Assembly: GCA_046497275.1 (NCBI GenBank)
Contig: JAWOFX010000084.1
Location: 30,001-62,000, forward strand
Reading direction: 5' to 3'
Length of the DNA: 32,000 nucleotides
From: Promethearchaeia archaeon
GTDB taxonomy: Archaea > Asgardarchaeota > Lokiarchaeia > Sigyniarchaeales > SOKP01
Below, one piece after another: positions 1 to 9,700 of the stretch (position 1 is the stretch's first letter; the number at the start of each line of letters is the position of its first letter). The position numbers and the translations under genes are program-made. The notes under the pieces were generated by a model. It searched no databases. It worked only from the letters and a program-made list of their open reading frames with translations, and was not told the origin of the DNA.

Positions 1-284
1 CAAACATATTATTTCTTTTTCACTTTATGTTATAATTATTAGCATTTAAATTTTTAGATTATGATATATATTCCTTCTAATTAATTTAAATGATTTATCT
101 AAAAGAGAATCTATACTTAAAAACTTATCAATTTAGTTTAAACTAAAATGACTCCTTAAATTGAAGTAATTTGAGGAGTGAGTTCTATCATCAATATTAT
201 TAAACTTATAATTTAGTAAATATATGAAAAAATTTTATATGACATTTAGAATAAAATGTGAATAATAAAAAGAATATAGATATC

Positions 285-434
285 TTATTTATACTTTTTA
301 TCCCATTCTTTTTGTTTTTTTACTGGGTCATCTCTAATTTCACATTTTTTATGAATCATATCTTGCATTTCAAGGGTTTTATCTAATAAATCGTCAAGTT
401 CATCATCAGAAATCTCTTCTTCTTTTTCAGTCAT
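285..434 (-). CDS. Small acidic hypothetical protein, 49 aa (MTEKEEEISDDELDDLLDKTLEMQDMIHKKCEIRDDPVKKQKEWDKKYK); not in the ORF track
   Basis: Manually translated: ATG at 434-432, TAA at 287-285, 150 nt with no internal stop. Composition looks protein-like inside an otherwise very AT-rich intergenic region. Confidence 0.5.
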   Translation of the reverse strand: MTEKEEEISDDELDDLLDKTLEMQDMIHKKCEIRDDPVKKQKEWDKKYK

Positions 435-643
435 AGTTAAAATCAAAATCTGTATTATGATTAGAATCCATTTAAAACTAATAAGCTTTATTTTTATATG
501 CTATATATTAAGTTATGAGAAAATGTTCAAATCTTAATAATAATTATTTAAACCTATATGAAATATCAATGAAACTCAAATTACTTCATTTATTCTTATA
601 CTTATAAAAAAAAGATATATAACATATTTAAAAGGTTTCAAAT

Positions 644-2047
644 TTGAGTGATTTAGAAGGATTAACGAGAAATTTACTCCAGAAAGGATATTCAGATAAT
701 AAAATAATTAAACGATTAATTCAGGAATATGTTGATTTTAAAGAAATTAGTGAAGAAAAAGCAAAAATTCTTGCTGAAGCTGTTTTAGAGGAATGCAAAA
801 AAAGTGATATTTCATCTATTTCTGATCCATTTATAAAAAATTTGCTTTCAATAAATAATGCGGGCATTACGATAGGAGATCAAGGTGTAGGATGTCGTGG
901 TGCGGGGGACTTCTTTGTTCACAAGATGATAAGTGAATTTTCGGATGCTGGAATTGAGGCATATTTATCTCCTAAATCTTTGGATGATGCAGGGGCAGTG
1001 CTTTTAAAGGATTTTAAATTAATAAAAAAAATGCTTAAGAAGCAAGGAGAAAATTTGATAATTGTTTCTAAAATGGAGGGAATCCATTCTCGTCTGAGTG
1101 ATTTCCCATTTATATGTGGTTTTCATGTTACGAGGGCTGCTCTCCGAGATTTATATGTGAAAGGAGCTATACCAATTTCGATATTAGTTGACGTTCATTT
1201 AGGAGATGATGCTGATGTAGGAAAACTATTTGATTTTATGTCTGGAATTACTGCAGTATGCCAATTATCTAAAGTTCCCTTAACAGCTGGATCTACTCTT
1301 CGTATTGGAGGTGATATGGTAATCGGGAATCGCCTAACTGGAGGAATTGGAGGAGTGGGTATTGCAGGTTCTAATCTTTTTGCGAGGAGAAATATAAATC
1401 CCGATGATAGAATCTTAATGACGGAGGGAGCAGGAGGAGGAACTATCTCAACAACAGCTATTTATTCGGGAAATCATGAAGTTGTAAAAGAAACAATGAA
1501 TATCAAATTCTTGGAGGCATGTAATATAATTTTAAATTCAGAATATAAAAATGGAATTCATGCAATGTGTGATGTGACCAATGGAGGATTAAGAGGGGAT
1601 CTCTATGAAATCAATTATGAATCCAATTGTGGAGTCACAATTTACGAGGAGGATATTAGAAAATTAGTAAATACTAAAGTATTAGATCTATTAGAAAACG
1701 TAGGAGTTGATTATTTAGGAGTATCTCTAGATGCTCTTCTGATATATTGCTCAAAAGAGGTAGAAGAGAAAATTATTAGTGATTTAACTAAAAACAATAT
1801 CAATTGCGTCGAAATTGGATATGTAGATGATTCAAAAGAAGTGAATATGGTTTTTGAGGATAAAAAGAGTAAAAAAATATTACCAAAATTTAGAGAATCG
1901 GCATATACTAAAATTAAACAAGAAATAGGGGAAGAAACTCCGGAGAAAAAAGAAATAATGGAAAATAGAATTGAAAAAATCGCTTCAAAAGCTTTAGAAA
2001 AAAGAAAAAAAATCGTTGACTACATTAAAAATTTTAATAAAAATTGA
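644..2047 (+). CDS. AIR synthase-related protein (PurM/HypE/SelD/ThiL superfamily, archaeal type)
   Basis: Motifs GVGCRGAGDFFVH, LDDAGAV, GIHSRLSDFPFICGFHVTRAALRDLYVKGA, DVTNGGLRGD; TTG start. Confidence 0.85.
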   Translation: MSDLEGLTRNLLQKGYSDNKIIKRLIQEYVDFKEISEEKAKILAEAVLEECKKSDISSISDPFIKNLLSINNAGITIGDQGVGCRGAGDFFVHKMISEFSDAGIEAYLSPKSLDDAGAVLLKDFKLIKKMLKKQGENLIIVSKMEGIHSRLSDFPFICGFHVTRAALRDLYVKGAIPISILVDVHLGDDADVGKLFDFMSGITAVCQLSKVPLTAGSTLRIGGDMVIGNRLTGGIGGVGIAGSNLFARRNINPDDRILMTEGAGGGTISTTAIYSGNHEVVKETMNIKFLEACNIILNSEYKNGIHAMCDVTNGGLRGDLYEINYESNCGVTIYEEDIRKLVNTKVLDLLENVGVDYLGVSLDALLIYCSKEVEEKIISDLTKNNINCVEIGYVDDSKEVNMVFEDKKSKKILPKFRESAYTKIKQEIGEETPEKKEIMENRIEKIASKALEKRKKIVDYIKNFNKN

Positions 2048-2104
2048 TTCTATATTATAGAAGATATTTTAGAGTTTATAAGAAATCTAATATTTGTTAG
2101 AAAA

Positions 2105-2767
2105 ATGTTATGCGAGTATTGTGGCTCAGAGTTGAAACCCGGGTCAAGATATTGTGAGAATTGCGGAAAAAAAGTACATGAATATCAATCCATAGGCAAG
2201 AGTACTCAAACTCAATTATACATTCCAATAACCAATCAAAGAACTCTTTTTGATCCAAAATATTCTCTCTATATCATTGATAAAACAAACAATAAAATTA
2301 TTAGTGAGTATAATGAAGAACTTGGAAAAATTATTTTTAAAGAGAAATTTTTTAAGATAAAATGTAAAATATATGATTATAACGGAGATCTCGTTCTTCT
2401 AATCTCACCTGTTCTTTTATCGAAAGATATTTTCTATAAAATATCTGATGCAAAAGGAATGGAAATTGCTCGGATAACAAACTCTTCTCTCTCATCAATA
2501 ATAACTCATTTTTATATTGAATCTCCATTCAGAGAAAAATGGTTTCAAATCGTTAAAACATCAAATTATAAGATAAAAAGTATTGTTAAGGATGATATTG
2601 TAGCTGAATTTGGACGAATAACAACGTTTAATGAAATATTTCTCGATTTCGATATTATTAATCCCAATAATGTATATTTGTTGAAAATTAATGATGAGAA
2701 GGTTGATCGTGCCGTTATAATTGGGTCCTATTTAGCACATTATATGTTTTCACTGGGATATAAATAA
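2105..2767 (+). CDS. Zinc-ribbon protein with a possible LURP-one/scramblase (Tubby C-terminal)-like beta domain
   Basis: N-terminal CEYC-x10-CENC ribbon. The C-terminal part has short beta-strand units (KIYDYNGDLV, YKISDAKGMEIA) ending in a hydrophobic helix; the fold call is by eye. Confidence 0.55.
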   Translation: MLCEYCGSELKPGSRYCENCGKKVHEYQSIGKSTQTQLYIPITNQRTLFDPKYSLYIIDKTNNKIISEYNEELGKIIFKEKFFKIKCKIYDYNGDLVLLISPVLLSKDIFYKISDAKGMEIARITNSSLSSIITHFYIESPFREKWFQIVKTSNYKIKSIVKDDIVAEFGRITTFNEIFLDFDIINPNNVYLLKINDEKVDRAVIIGSYLAHYMFSLGYK

Positions 2768-2782
2768 TATTTTTGATAAAAA

Positions 2783-3616
2783 CTAGAGATTTATCATTCG
2801 ATTCATAGAGCCTGTTCTAAATCCCTTTATATCAAGAGTTATATATTCAAAACCTAGATCTTTTAATTTTTCTTCTATCTTTTGGAAGTCCGAGTCATTA
2901 CAGATCCTAAACATTTCATTTTTTAATAGCTCAATCCTAATAAGGTCCCCTTGATGATATCTAACTCTAAGCTGAGTAAAATCATATTCATTTTTTAGAA
3001 ATTCCTCTGCTATTCGTATTTTGCTTAATAAATCTTTATTTAATTCAACCCCATATGCTACTCTCGTAGCAAAGCATGCATTTGCAGGTTTAGAGTGGAC
3101 TGATAAATTGAAATGCTTACTCAGAACCCTAATTTCATTTTTTGAGATATTAAAATCTATATAGGGAACAGAAATTCCTAACTCTTTTAGAGCTTTGAAT
3201 CCCGGTCTATAATCTTGAAGTTCGGACTCATTAGTTCCATCAACAATCACATCAAAGTCATTTTGTTCTTTTATATTTAGTATTTCTGAATATAATACTG
3301 TTTTACAGAGATAACATCTATTTGGGGAATTAGCGACAAATAATTCGTCTTCCAATGGATCAAATTCCATTATGAGATAAGGGATTTCATAGTTTTCTGC
3401 AAATTGAGTAGCTTCACGTAATTCTTTCTCTGAAAAAAGACTTGAGGAGGCAATTAATAAAAGAGTTTTAGCAGCATACTTGTTTGAAAGATAAGCTAAT
3501 AAGGAACTATCAACTCCTCCTGAAAAGGCAACAATAACTTTTTTTTCCTTAAAAAACTCGACTAAACTTTCTAATTTCTTTTTAAGTTCTTCTGATAATC
3601 CCATATATACTTGCAA
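2783..3616 (-). CDS. larE: ATP-dependent sacrificial sulfur transferase LarE family (PP-loop)
   Basis: VAFSGGVDSS PP-loop, RCYLCK, DGTN..DYRPG, KPANACFATR, QLRVR, LDIKGFRTGSMN. A likely ATG start is at 3604. Confidence 0.88.
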   Translation of the reverse strand: MQVYMGLSEELKKKLESLVEFFKEKKVIVAFSGGVDSSLLAYLSNKYAAKTLLLIASSSLFSEKELREATQFAENYEIPYLIMEFDPLEDELFVANSPNRCYLCKTVLYSEILNIKEQNDFDVIVDGTNESELQDYRPGFKALKELGISVPYIDFNISKNEIRVLSKHFNLSVHSKPANACFATRVAYGVELNKDLLSKIRIAEEFLKNEYDFTQLRVRYHQGDLIRIELLKNEMFRICNDSDFQKIEEKLKDLGFEYITLDIKGFRTGSMNRMINL

Positions 3617-3670
3617 ATAGGTTTAATAAATTATAAAAATAACTCAAATAAATATTAAAAAAATAAGAGA

Positions 3671-4822
3671 TTAATCTATTGGGTCTCCAAGTCTAGCTGC
3701 TTTATAAATATTGAAGAATACAGTAAGTACAAGTATAATTGCCAGTGCTGCACCAACCCAGTGGTAAATATCGAGAACTAATCCTGGAGTAATGGCACTT
3801 ATTTGAAATCCACTAAATAAATATATGGGAAAGATGTCTGGTCTATTGATGAGATATATTAATAAGGGAAAATAAGCGATATTAAATAATCCATTAATAA
3901 CCAACATAACTTTTTGCCCACCAATATTATTTGCTCCAATCGCTAATCTAATCACTTCGATGAGGGCTCCTATTAATACCACCAAACCAAAAAATCTTAA
4001 CCATTCAAGAAATTCTAGTTCAAAATAAGGTTCTAAGATATAAAATGGCTGGATTATGCATACTAACCCAAAAATAATTCCGAGGATTGATCTTGCGATC
4101 AAATCTCCCGTGGAGACCGTTCGGATTTTCTTTTTTGCTTTTTTATGTGCCTCCGAAACCTTTTCTTTTGCTTCAATTATATTTTCTTTTGCCTGGGTTA
4201 TAGTTTCTTTTGTTTTCGTTTTTGTCTCTCTTATCTTCTCCTTTGTTTCAATAGTGATAAACTCTCTTCTTTCTCTTTCAGATATCATATCTGCTGTTTT
4301 GCTTTGTATAATAAGGCCTAAGTATCTTGGTAATTCTCCAAAGTCTTCCGGTAAATATCCCTCCATTGATAAAAAGACGAAAAGACCAGATACAATAACA
4401 ATAACTATTAAAAATCCTATGTATACTCCGCTAAAAAAATCTAGAATTAATAAATACCATACTTTGAAGAAAAATTGAACGACGATTCGAATAAAATTTA
4501 CCACAACCACTATTGCTAGAGAAAAGAGTAGAGCTCTTAAATAAAAGTCCCATAATTCTTCAGTAATATAAAATTTAGGGGTTCCACGTTTCTTATAGAT
4601 CTTTGCGATTGATTCAGGTGGACCTATTGCATATATTGCTTTTTCAATAACGGATTGAGTAAGTTCCTCTAACCCAGAAAATTCGATAGCTTTTTCTCGA
4701 ATTTGTTGTTCTAAATCAAATAATATTTCGTTAACTTGATCTGGTTTATCTTTAAGCCACTCAGGTAATTTATTCTTTACTTCTTCTAAAAAATCATCAA
4801 TAAGATTATTTTTTTCACTCAT
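3671..4822 (-). CDS. Multi-pass membrane protein with an N-terminal HAAS-like helical domain
   Basis: N-terminus (IDDFLEEVKNKLP...EILFDLEQQI...AIGPPESIAKIY) matches the HAAS pattern; several hydrophobic segments follow. Confidence 0.6.
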   Translation of the reverse strand: MSEKNNLIDDFLEEVKNKLPEWLKDKPDQVNEILFDLEQQIREKAIEFSGLEELTQSVIEKAIYAIGPPESIAKIYKKRGTPKFYITEELWDFYLRALLFSLAIVVVVNFIRIVVQFFFKVWYLLILDFFSGVYIGFLIVIVIVSGLFVFLSMEGYLPEDFGELPRYLGLIIQSKTADMISERERREFITIETKEKIRETKTKTKETITQAKENIIEAKEKVSEAHKKAKKKIRTVSTGDLIARSILGIIFGLVCIIQPFYILEPYFELEFLEWLRFFGLVVLIGALIEVIRLAIGANNIGGQKVMLVINGLFNIAYFPLLIYLINRPDIFPIYLFSGFQISAITPGLVLDIYHWVGAALAIILVLTVFFNIYKAARLGDPID

Positions 4823-4923
4823 AATCTTTTTCTCATTAATTATTATTCGTTTAATTCTATTAAAACTCAGTAATTATTATTATTTACAGAGTCCAATTTT
4901 TTAAAAGGATGAAGATTCGGAAT

Positions 4924-5637
4924 TTAGGTTTTAAGTGTTTTATGAATGATAATGTATATTGGGATTATCCATATCATTATAGAGAACAAAATCATCCATT
5001 CCAGAAAAGGTTGAGATAAAGAGGTGGGGTTTATAATGAATAGAATCCCCGTTGCTGGAGTAGCAAAAAACATGAATAATCCTATAGCTTTATAAAACAT
5101 AGTGTCTTTTAACATTATCACGACTCCATTATATAATGATGCAAGTCCAAAAGCTCCAAATACAAGCACAGAAAACTTCAAATGAAGCCCTAACTCAGTT
5201 GTTCTATCCTCTGAAAACAACCCAATTCCGAAAAATCCTATAATCGCTAAAAACAGAAAAAATAAACCGATAATCGAAATAATCTTGGTTATTATTGAAA
5301 ACACTTTTCCGAACACCCCTGGATATTCCTCGTAGTCTTTAAATAAAAGAGAGGCAAAATAAATAAAAATCGGGATAAATAAAATCGATGTTATCATGGC
5401 GCTGAAATCGAGAAGAAAGGGAGCAGGAGTATAATTAAAAGACCCAAGATCTGAAATATAATTGTCCCAAATTGTATAACCTTCGGGACCAAAGAAAAAA
5501 GCAATTATCACACCAAGTGTTAAAGAAGGAAGAAAAATTAAAAGTGAGGCATACATACAAGCTTTTATTAACTTAGGATTTGTGATATATGAATATATGT
5601 TTATGAATGATTTAATGATGGAATTATCTCGTTTCAT
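4924..5637 (-). CDS. DUF998-like membrane protein
   Basis: YISDLGS motif after the first TM helix, about six hydrophobic segments, and conserved-looking H and EW in later helices. Confidence 0.6.
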   Translation of the reverse strand: MKRDNSIIKSFINIYSYITNPKLIKACMYASLLIFLPSLTLGVIIAFFFGPEGYTIWDNYISDLGSFNYTPAPFLLDFSAMITSILFIPIFIYFASLLFKDYEEYPGVFGKVFSIITKIISIIGLFFLFLAIIGFFGIGLFSEDRTTELGLHLKFSVLVFGAFGLASLYNGVVIMLKDTMFYKAIGLFMFFATPATGILFIINPTSLSQPFLEWMILFSIMIWIIPIYIIIHKTLKT

Positions 5638-5755
5638 TTTTTATTAGTTCTTAGTTTTCTTCTATTTATTAATCCTAAATAATTAAATGCTTAAAAATGT
5701 AGAGAAAAGTTTGATATTTATATATTATACCCTTTGCCCCAAAATTTTTCATGAC

Positions 5756-6664
5756 CTAAATACTTGCAAAAACAAAAGATAAGAGTCCTAAAAAAGCTCC
5801 AACCTTGAGAAATAAACTAATTTTTCCAAAACTCTTTTTTGAAAGATCACTCACCACAGAAAGAATGAATGCTATAATGACAACCGCAAGACCAAAAAAC
5901 ATCGAAAAAAGGTAAGCCCAAAAGTTAATGATATTAGTAAATATAGGTAAGATAAAGAAACCTATTGCTAGTAAATCAAAAGCCATTGAGAAATATAATG
6001 CATTCTGAACTCCAAGAATTATAGCTAATGTCTTGACCCCTCCTTCTCTTTTATCTCCTTCAATATCCTCACAACCTTTCACAACTTCTCTAGCAAATAA
6101 TAAAAAGAATGCTGTTAAAAAGAAGAAATAAATGTAAAGAGGGATATTATAACCGTTTAAGATTGCTCCATATAATAATCCGATTGAAAATGAAATACTC
6201 ACAATAATATTACCAAATATTCCACTCTTTTTTCCATAAGCTGCATAGAGCCATCCTATAAATCCAAAAAAAACGGCAACAATAATATTAACATAACCTA
6301 AGTTCAATAATAAACTATGGATAATAGCCAATAATATACCAATTGTTAATATGATAATGTAGTAATATTTTGCTTCTTTTAAGGAAATTTCTCCCATGGG
6401 GATCGGTCTTTCAGGGCGATTAATTCTAGACACTAACAGAATCTATCTGTTAATTTTATCTATTTCGACATCATAAATGTCGTTAACTATCATCCCTGAC
6501 CCAGCAATTAATATATAAGTCGCCACTCCTATTATGAAATTTAAGATAAGATCTAATAGAGGGACGCCGGTTCTTGTATTCAGAACACCTATGATAACTG
6601 TTAAAGCTCCCATCAAACAATTGATCGGGCGTATTATTTCAATATAAGCTTTCTTTAATGTCAT
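5756..6664 (-). CDS. Digeranylgeranylglyceryl phosphate (DGGGP) synthase, UbiA family; two exons (6664-6456 and 6425-5756) around a candidate 30-nt BHB intron, 292 aa after splicing
   Basis: ORFs 6443..6676 and 5756..6433 are in the same frame. IRPINC, NDIYDVEID and REVVKGCEDIEGD are DGGGPS/UbiA motifs. Removing 6426-6455 gives NDIYDVEIDKINRPERPIPMG. ATG at 6664 is preferred over TTG at 6676. Confidence 0.85.
6426..6455 (-). other. Candidate bulge-helix-bulge (tRNA-type) intron in mRNA, 30 nt
   Basis: mRNA reads AAU|AGAU|AAA|AUUAACAGA-UAGAU-UCUGUUAGU|GUCU|AGA|AUU. This gives a 4-bp central helix (AGAU/GUCU), two 3-nt purine bulges, a 9-bp intron stem and exon-exon pairing; the in-frame UAG is in the loop. 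Confidence 0.8.
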
Positions 6665-6751
6665 GTGTTTTAGCAAAATTGATTTTTTTATTAATTATTA
6701 ATAAAAAAGTAATTACTAAATACTTTACGAAATATATTTGACAAAATTAGA

Positions 6752-9700
6752 TTAAAAGTTATCTAATTTAATAAAGGTAGAAGAATTTTTTACAATTCTA
6801 GCTCTTTTTACCGATTTGATATATCTATTGGAGGGAATTTTGATACCTTTTTGAATCGCCAATCTTCTCCAGCTAACCTTCCAACTTTCGGGGACAAGAC
6901 CATTCTTAATTTTTTGAATGTTTTCAGTTAGAATATTAGAAAAAAATTTCAAGAGATCTTTATCATAGCGATCTGCTGCGTTTATAAATCCATGATTATC
7001 TCTAAAAAGATAGACTAAATTATTGGGATCTAAATTATATTTCTCAAAATCAATATGATGCAAAATAATATCTCCATTGTTAAAATCCTGAAGATTGAAT
7101 ACTTCCCCTGTCAACATATCAACGAATTTCCACTGTTTATGATTTGTGAGATATCTAAATAAACTCTTGAGTGTCTTGAATTCTTTAGAAACATTAAAAA
7201 TTATTAGTTTTTCCTTATTTAATAGAGTGAATATCTGAGATTCCGCATTGAAAATGCGTAATTTCCTATTCTTGAATTGTGCGGGATACCCATGGCATTG
7301 AACATCATAACCAAGATCTTCATAAGATGGATCTAAATCCTTTATTAAATGATTCATCGAAACCTCTAACCTATCTTTAAACCAACGAGCTCTAACTTTA
7401 TTTAATATCGTTAATTTATCTATATCTAATCCGATTATATCTTTTTCTTTTCTAAGATTTTTGATAGTCGGAAAATAACGCCCTTTTCTAATTTCAGATA
7501 ATTTAGAATCGAGGTAATCTTCTAATCGCCGAGTATCACTCATAATTCCATTATTATAAAGATATTCAGTAAGATTAGGAGCAATGTTGTTTTTATCTAA
7601 CCAACGAGATATGTATATTGATAGCCATTGAAAATCAGTAAATTCATCTGTAATATTCATTATATTTTCGGGTGTAGGAAGAAAAGTATAATTTGTAATT
7701 TGTTCCTTTAATGGATTTAATAAATCACGTAACTTTTTTTTATAAGTTGCCAAACCAGCCTTTTCTTGAAGTTCTGTTATTAGAGGCAAGTTATTTTGAT
7801 TTAACCAAGAATTTACTAATGAAGGTAAAGTATCAAAATTCAAATCTGGTCGCTCTTGAATAATATTTTCAACAGTAGGAATGAAATTATAGGATTTTAT
7901 TTCAATCAACTTCTCATCTAAAAATTCATAAACCGGGACACTCTTTATTAGTCCAGCGTCTTTTTTCAAATCTGTCAAATACTCATATGAAATTTTTCCG
8001 TCTGAAAACCTAGCCTTAAACCAAACTGCAATTTGGTCAGAAGTTACATCCTCATAACCTGTATCTTTAATTACGCGATCCAATGTGGGTATATATCTCA
8101 AATTATTAATATCATCTAATTTAGAATCTAAAAATTGATTTAGCTTATGTTGCAAAGGTACATAAAATCGATTACTAAAATCTAAATTTAGTTTTTTCTC
8201 TAAATATTCAAGAAAACGATAAATGACAGGCTCAGAAAGTCCGACTTTTTCAATTAAATCTTTTTTATAAAGCTCATCACCCTCTTTATTAAATAAATAA
8301 TATATAAACTTATAACATTTAATTACCAAATCTTTACGAGCTTCATTATATTTATATTTAAAAGTATCTGTAATAATCCCTTTAATTAAACTATCATTGC
8401 TTTTAAAACGCGAAATAGATTTAATCCCTTTACAGAATAGTTTATAACAAATTTCCATAATAGAATCTAAATCATCAGCTAAAAAAGTACTAGAAATAGA
8501 AAATTTATCATCTAAGTTAAGTCCGCATGACTCTAAAACGTTAGTTATCCTTCTTAAAACCTTTCGAGAAAGACTGAATTTTTTAGCAAGATGTTTTTTG
8601 GGTAATAATCTATCATGGAAAAGTAAATGAGAAATTACTTGAAAGTATTTCTTGATGACGCCAATACGCGATTCTGTGAATAAATAACCAAATTCCTTAA
8701 TTATATTAGATAAAATACTTTCTTTGTTGGATTCTATGTCTTTAAGAGTATATTTACCACTTTCTAAAATCTTGTAGCATTTCTTTATGATTTCTATAGA
8801 ATCTTCAACTGCGAAAAGTACATATACACGCGAAAAACCCTTCTCAATATACTTGCCTTCAACCTTAGAATTTGATTCTTTATCCATATTTTCCATGATA
8901 TTGGATAATTGTTTAGATGGTGGAATAATAAGATCTTTTTCTTGTCTAATTTTCTCAAATAAAGGATAAAAAGGTAACCCATAATTTCTCATTAGGATTT
9001 TATTTATCGCATCCAAACCTAACATGATATCAGTTTTAAAAGTCTCTTTCATATTGTTTTTAAGCAAGAAATTATCAGTATAGGTCTGATCATATACGCA
9101 AAACTCCACATCCGAAATGAAATCACCTTGCTCTGAAATATTCAATACACCCGAAATGGTGATCTTTTTTCTTTTCTTCTCGGGAAAAAATTGATCAGCG
9201 AACTTACGGGGCATAATCGATATAAAGGAACCAGAATCAAGAAAAGCGGTAAGGGATTGACCTTTAATTGTGATTTTAAATGGTTTATCAGTTCTAAGAG
9301 ATTTTCCTATAGGAGAGGCATAAAAACATTTAATAGCTGTGTTAATATTAGGTCTAGAATATATCCAAAGGGAAGGTTGTGTGAGGAATCTACTCTTTTT
9401 TCTATTATCTATAGTAAAATAATTCCGCAATTGTCTCTCAGGCATGAAAATATCTCCACAGGATAACAAAGATTTTTTCATATCTTTTATTGAGTGTTTG
9501 GTATTATGAGAAGTTAAAAGGAAACATCTCAACGCTCCAAAATTTGAATCTTTTGGCTTGAATAGATTCCCATTTTGAAAAAGTAAATAGATAAAAACCT
9601 CGACTTGAGTGAGATTGAGATTAAATAGAGATGCAATATCTTCAAATAATAATTTTTTTTGTTCATTCACATAATAATTGCGTACGAAATGCATATAGTC

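Noticed and set aside
148-182. SECIS-like reading of the hairpin (AUGA...GA flanks)
   Set aside because: The G-A tandem would be one nucleotide out of register with the Watson-Crick stem, and no upstream + strand UGA-containing gene is visible; position 5-7 looks more like the start of a minus-strand gene.
6443-6445. TAG readthrough (pyrrolysine) or a simple nonsense pseudogene as the explanation for the split DGGGPS
   Set aside because: Readthrough would leave 10 extra residues in the substrate-binding motif. The two INR copies use different codons (ATT AAC AGA versus ATT AAT CGC), so this is not a plain duplication, and the BHB model explains length, frame and stop position together.
6684-6708. 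Perfect 12-1-12 palindrome TTTTTTATTAAT-T-ATTAATAAAAAA upstream of DGGGPS
   Set aside because: It is purely A/T and low complexity; it may be a terminator or promoter element, but this cannot be supported from sequence alone.
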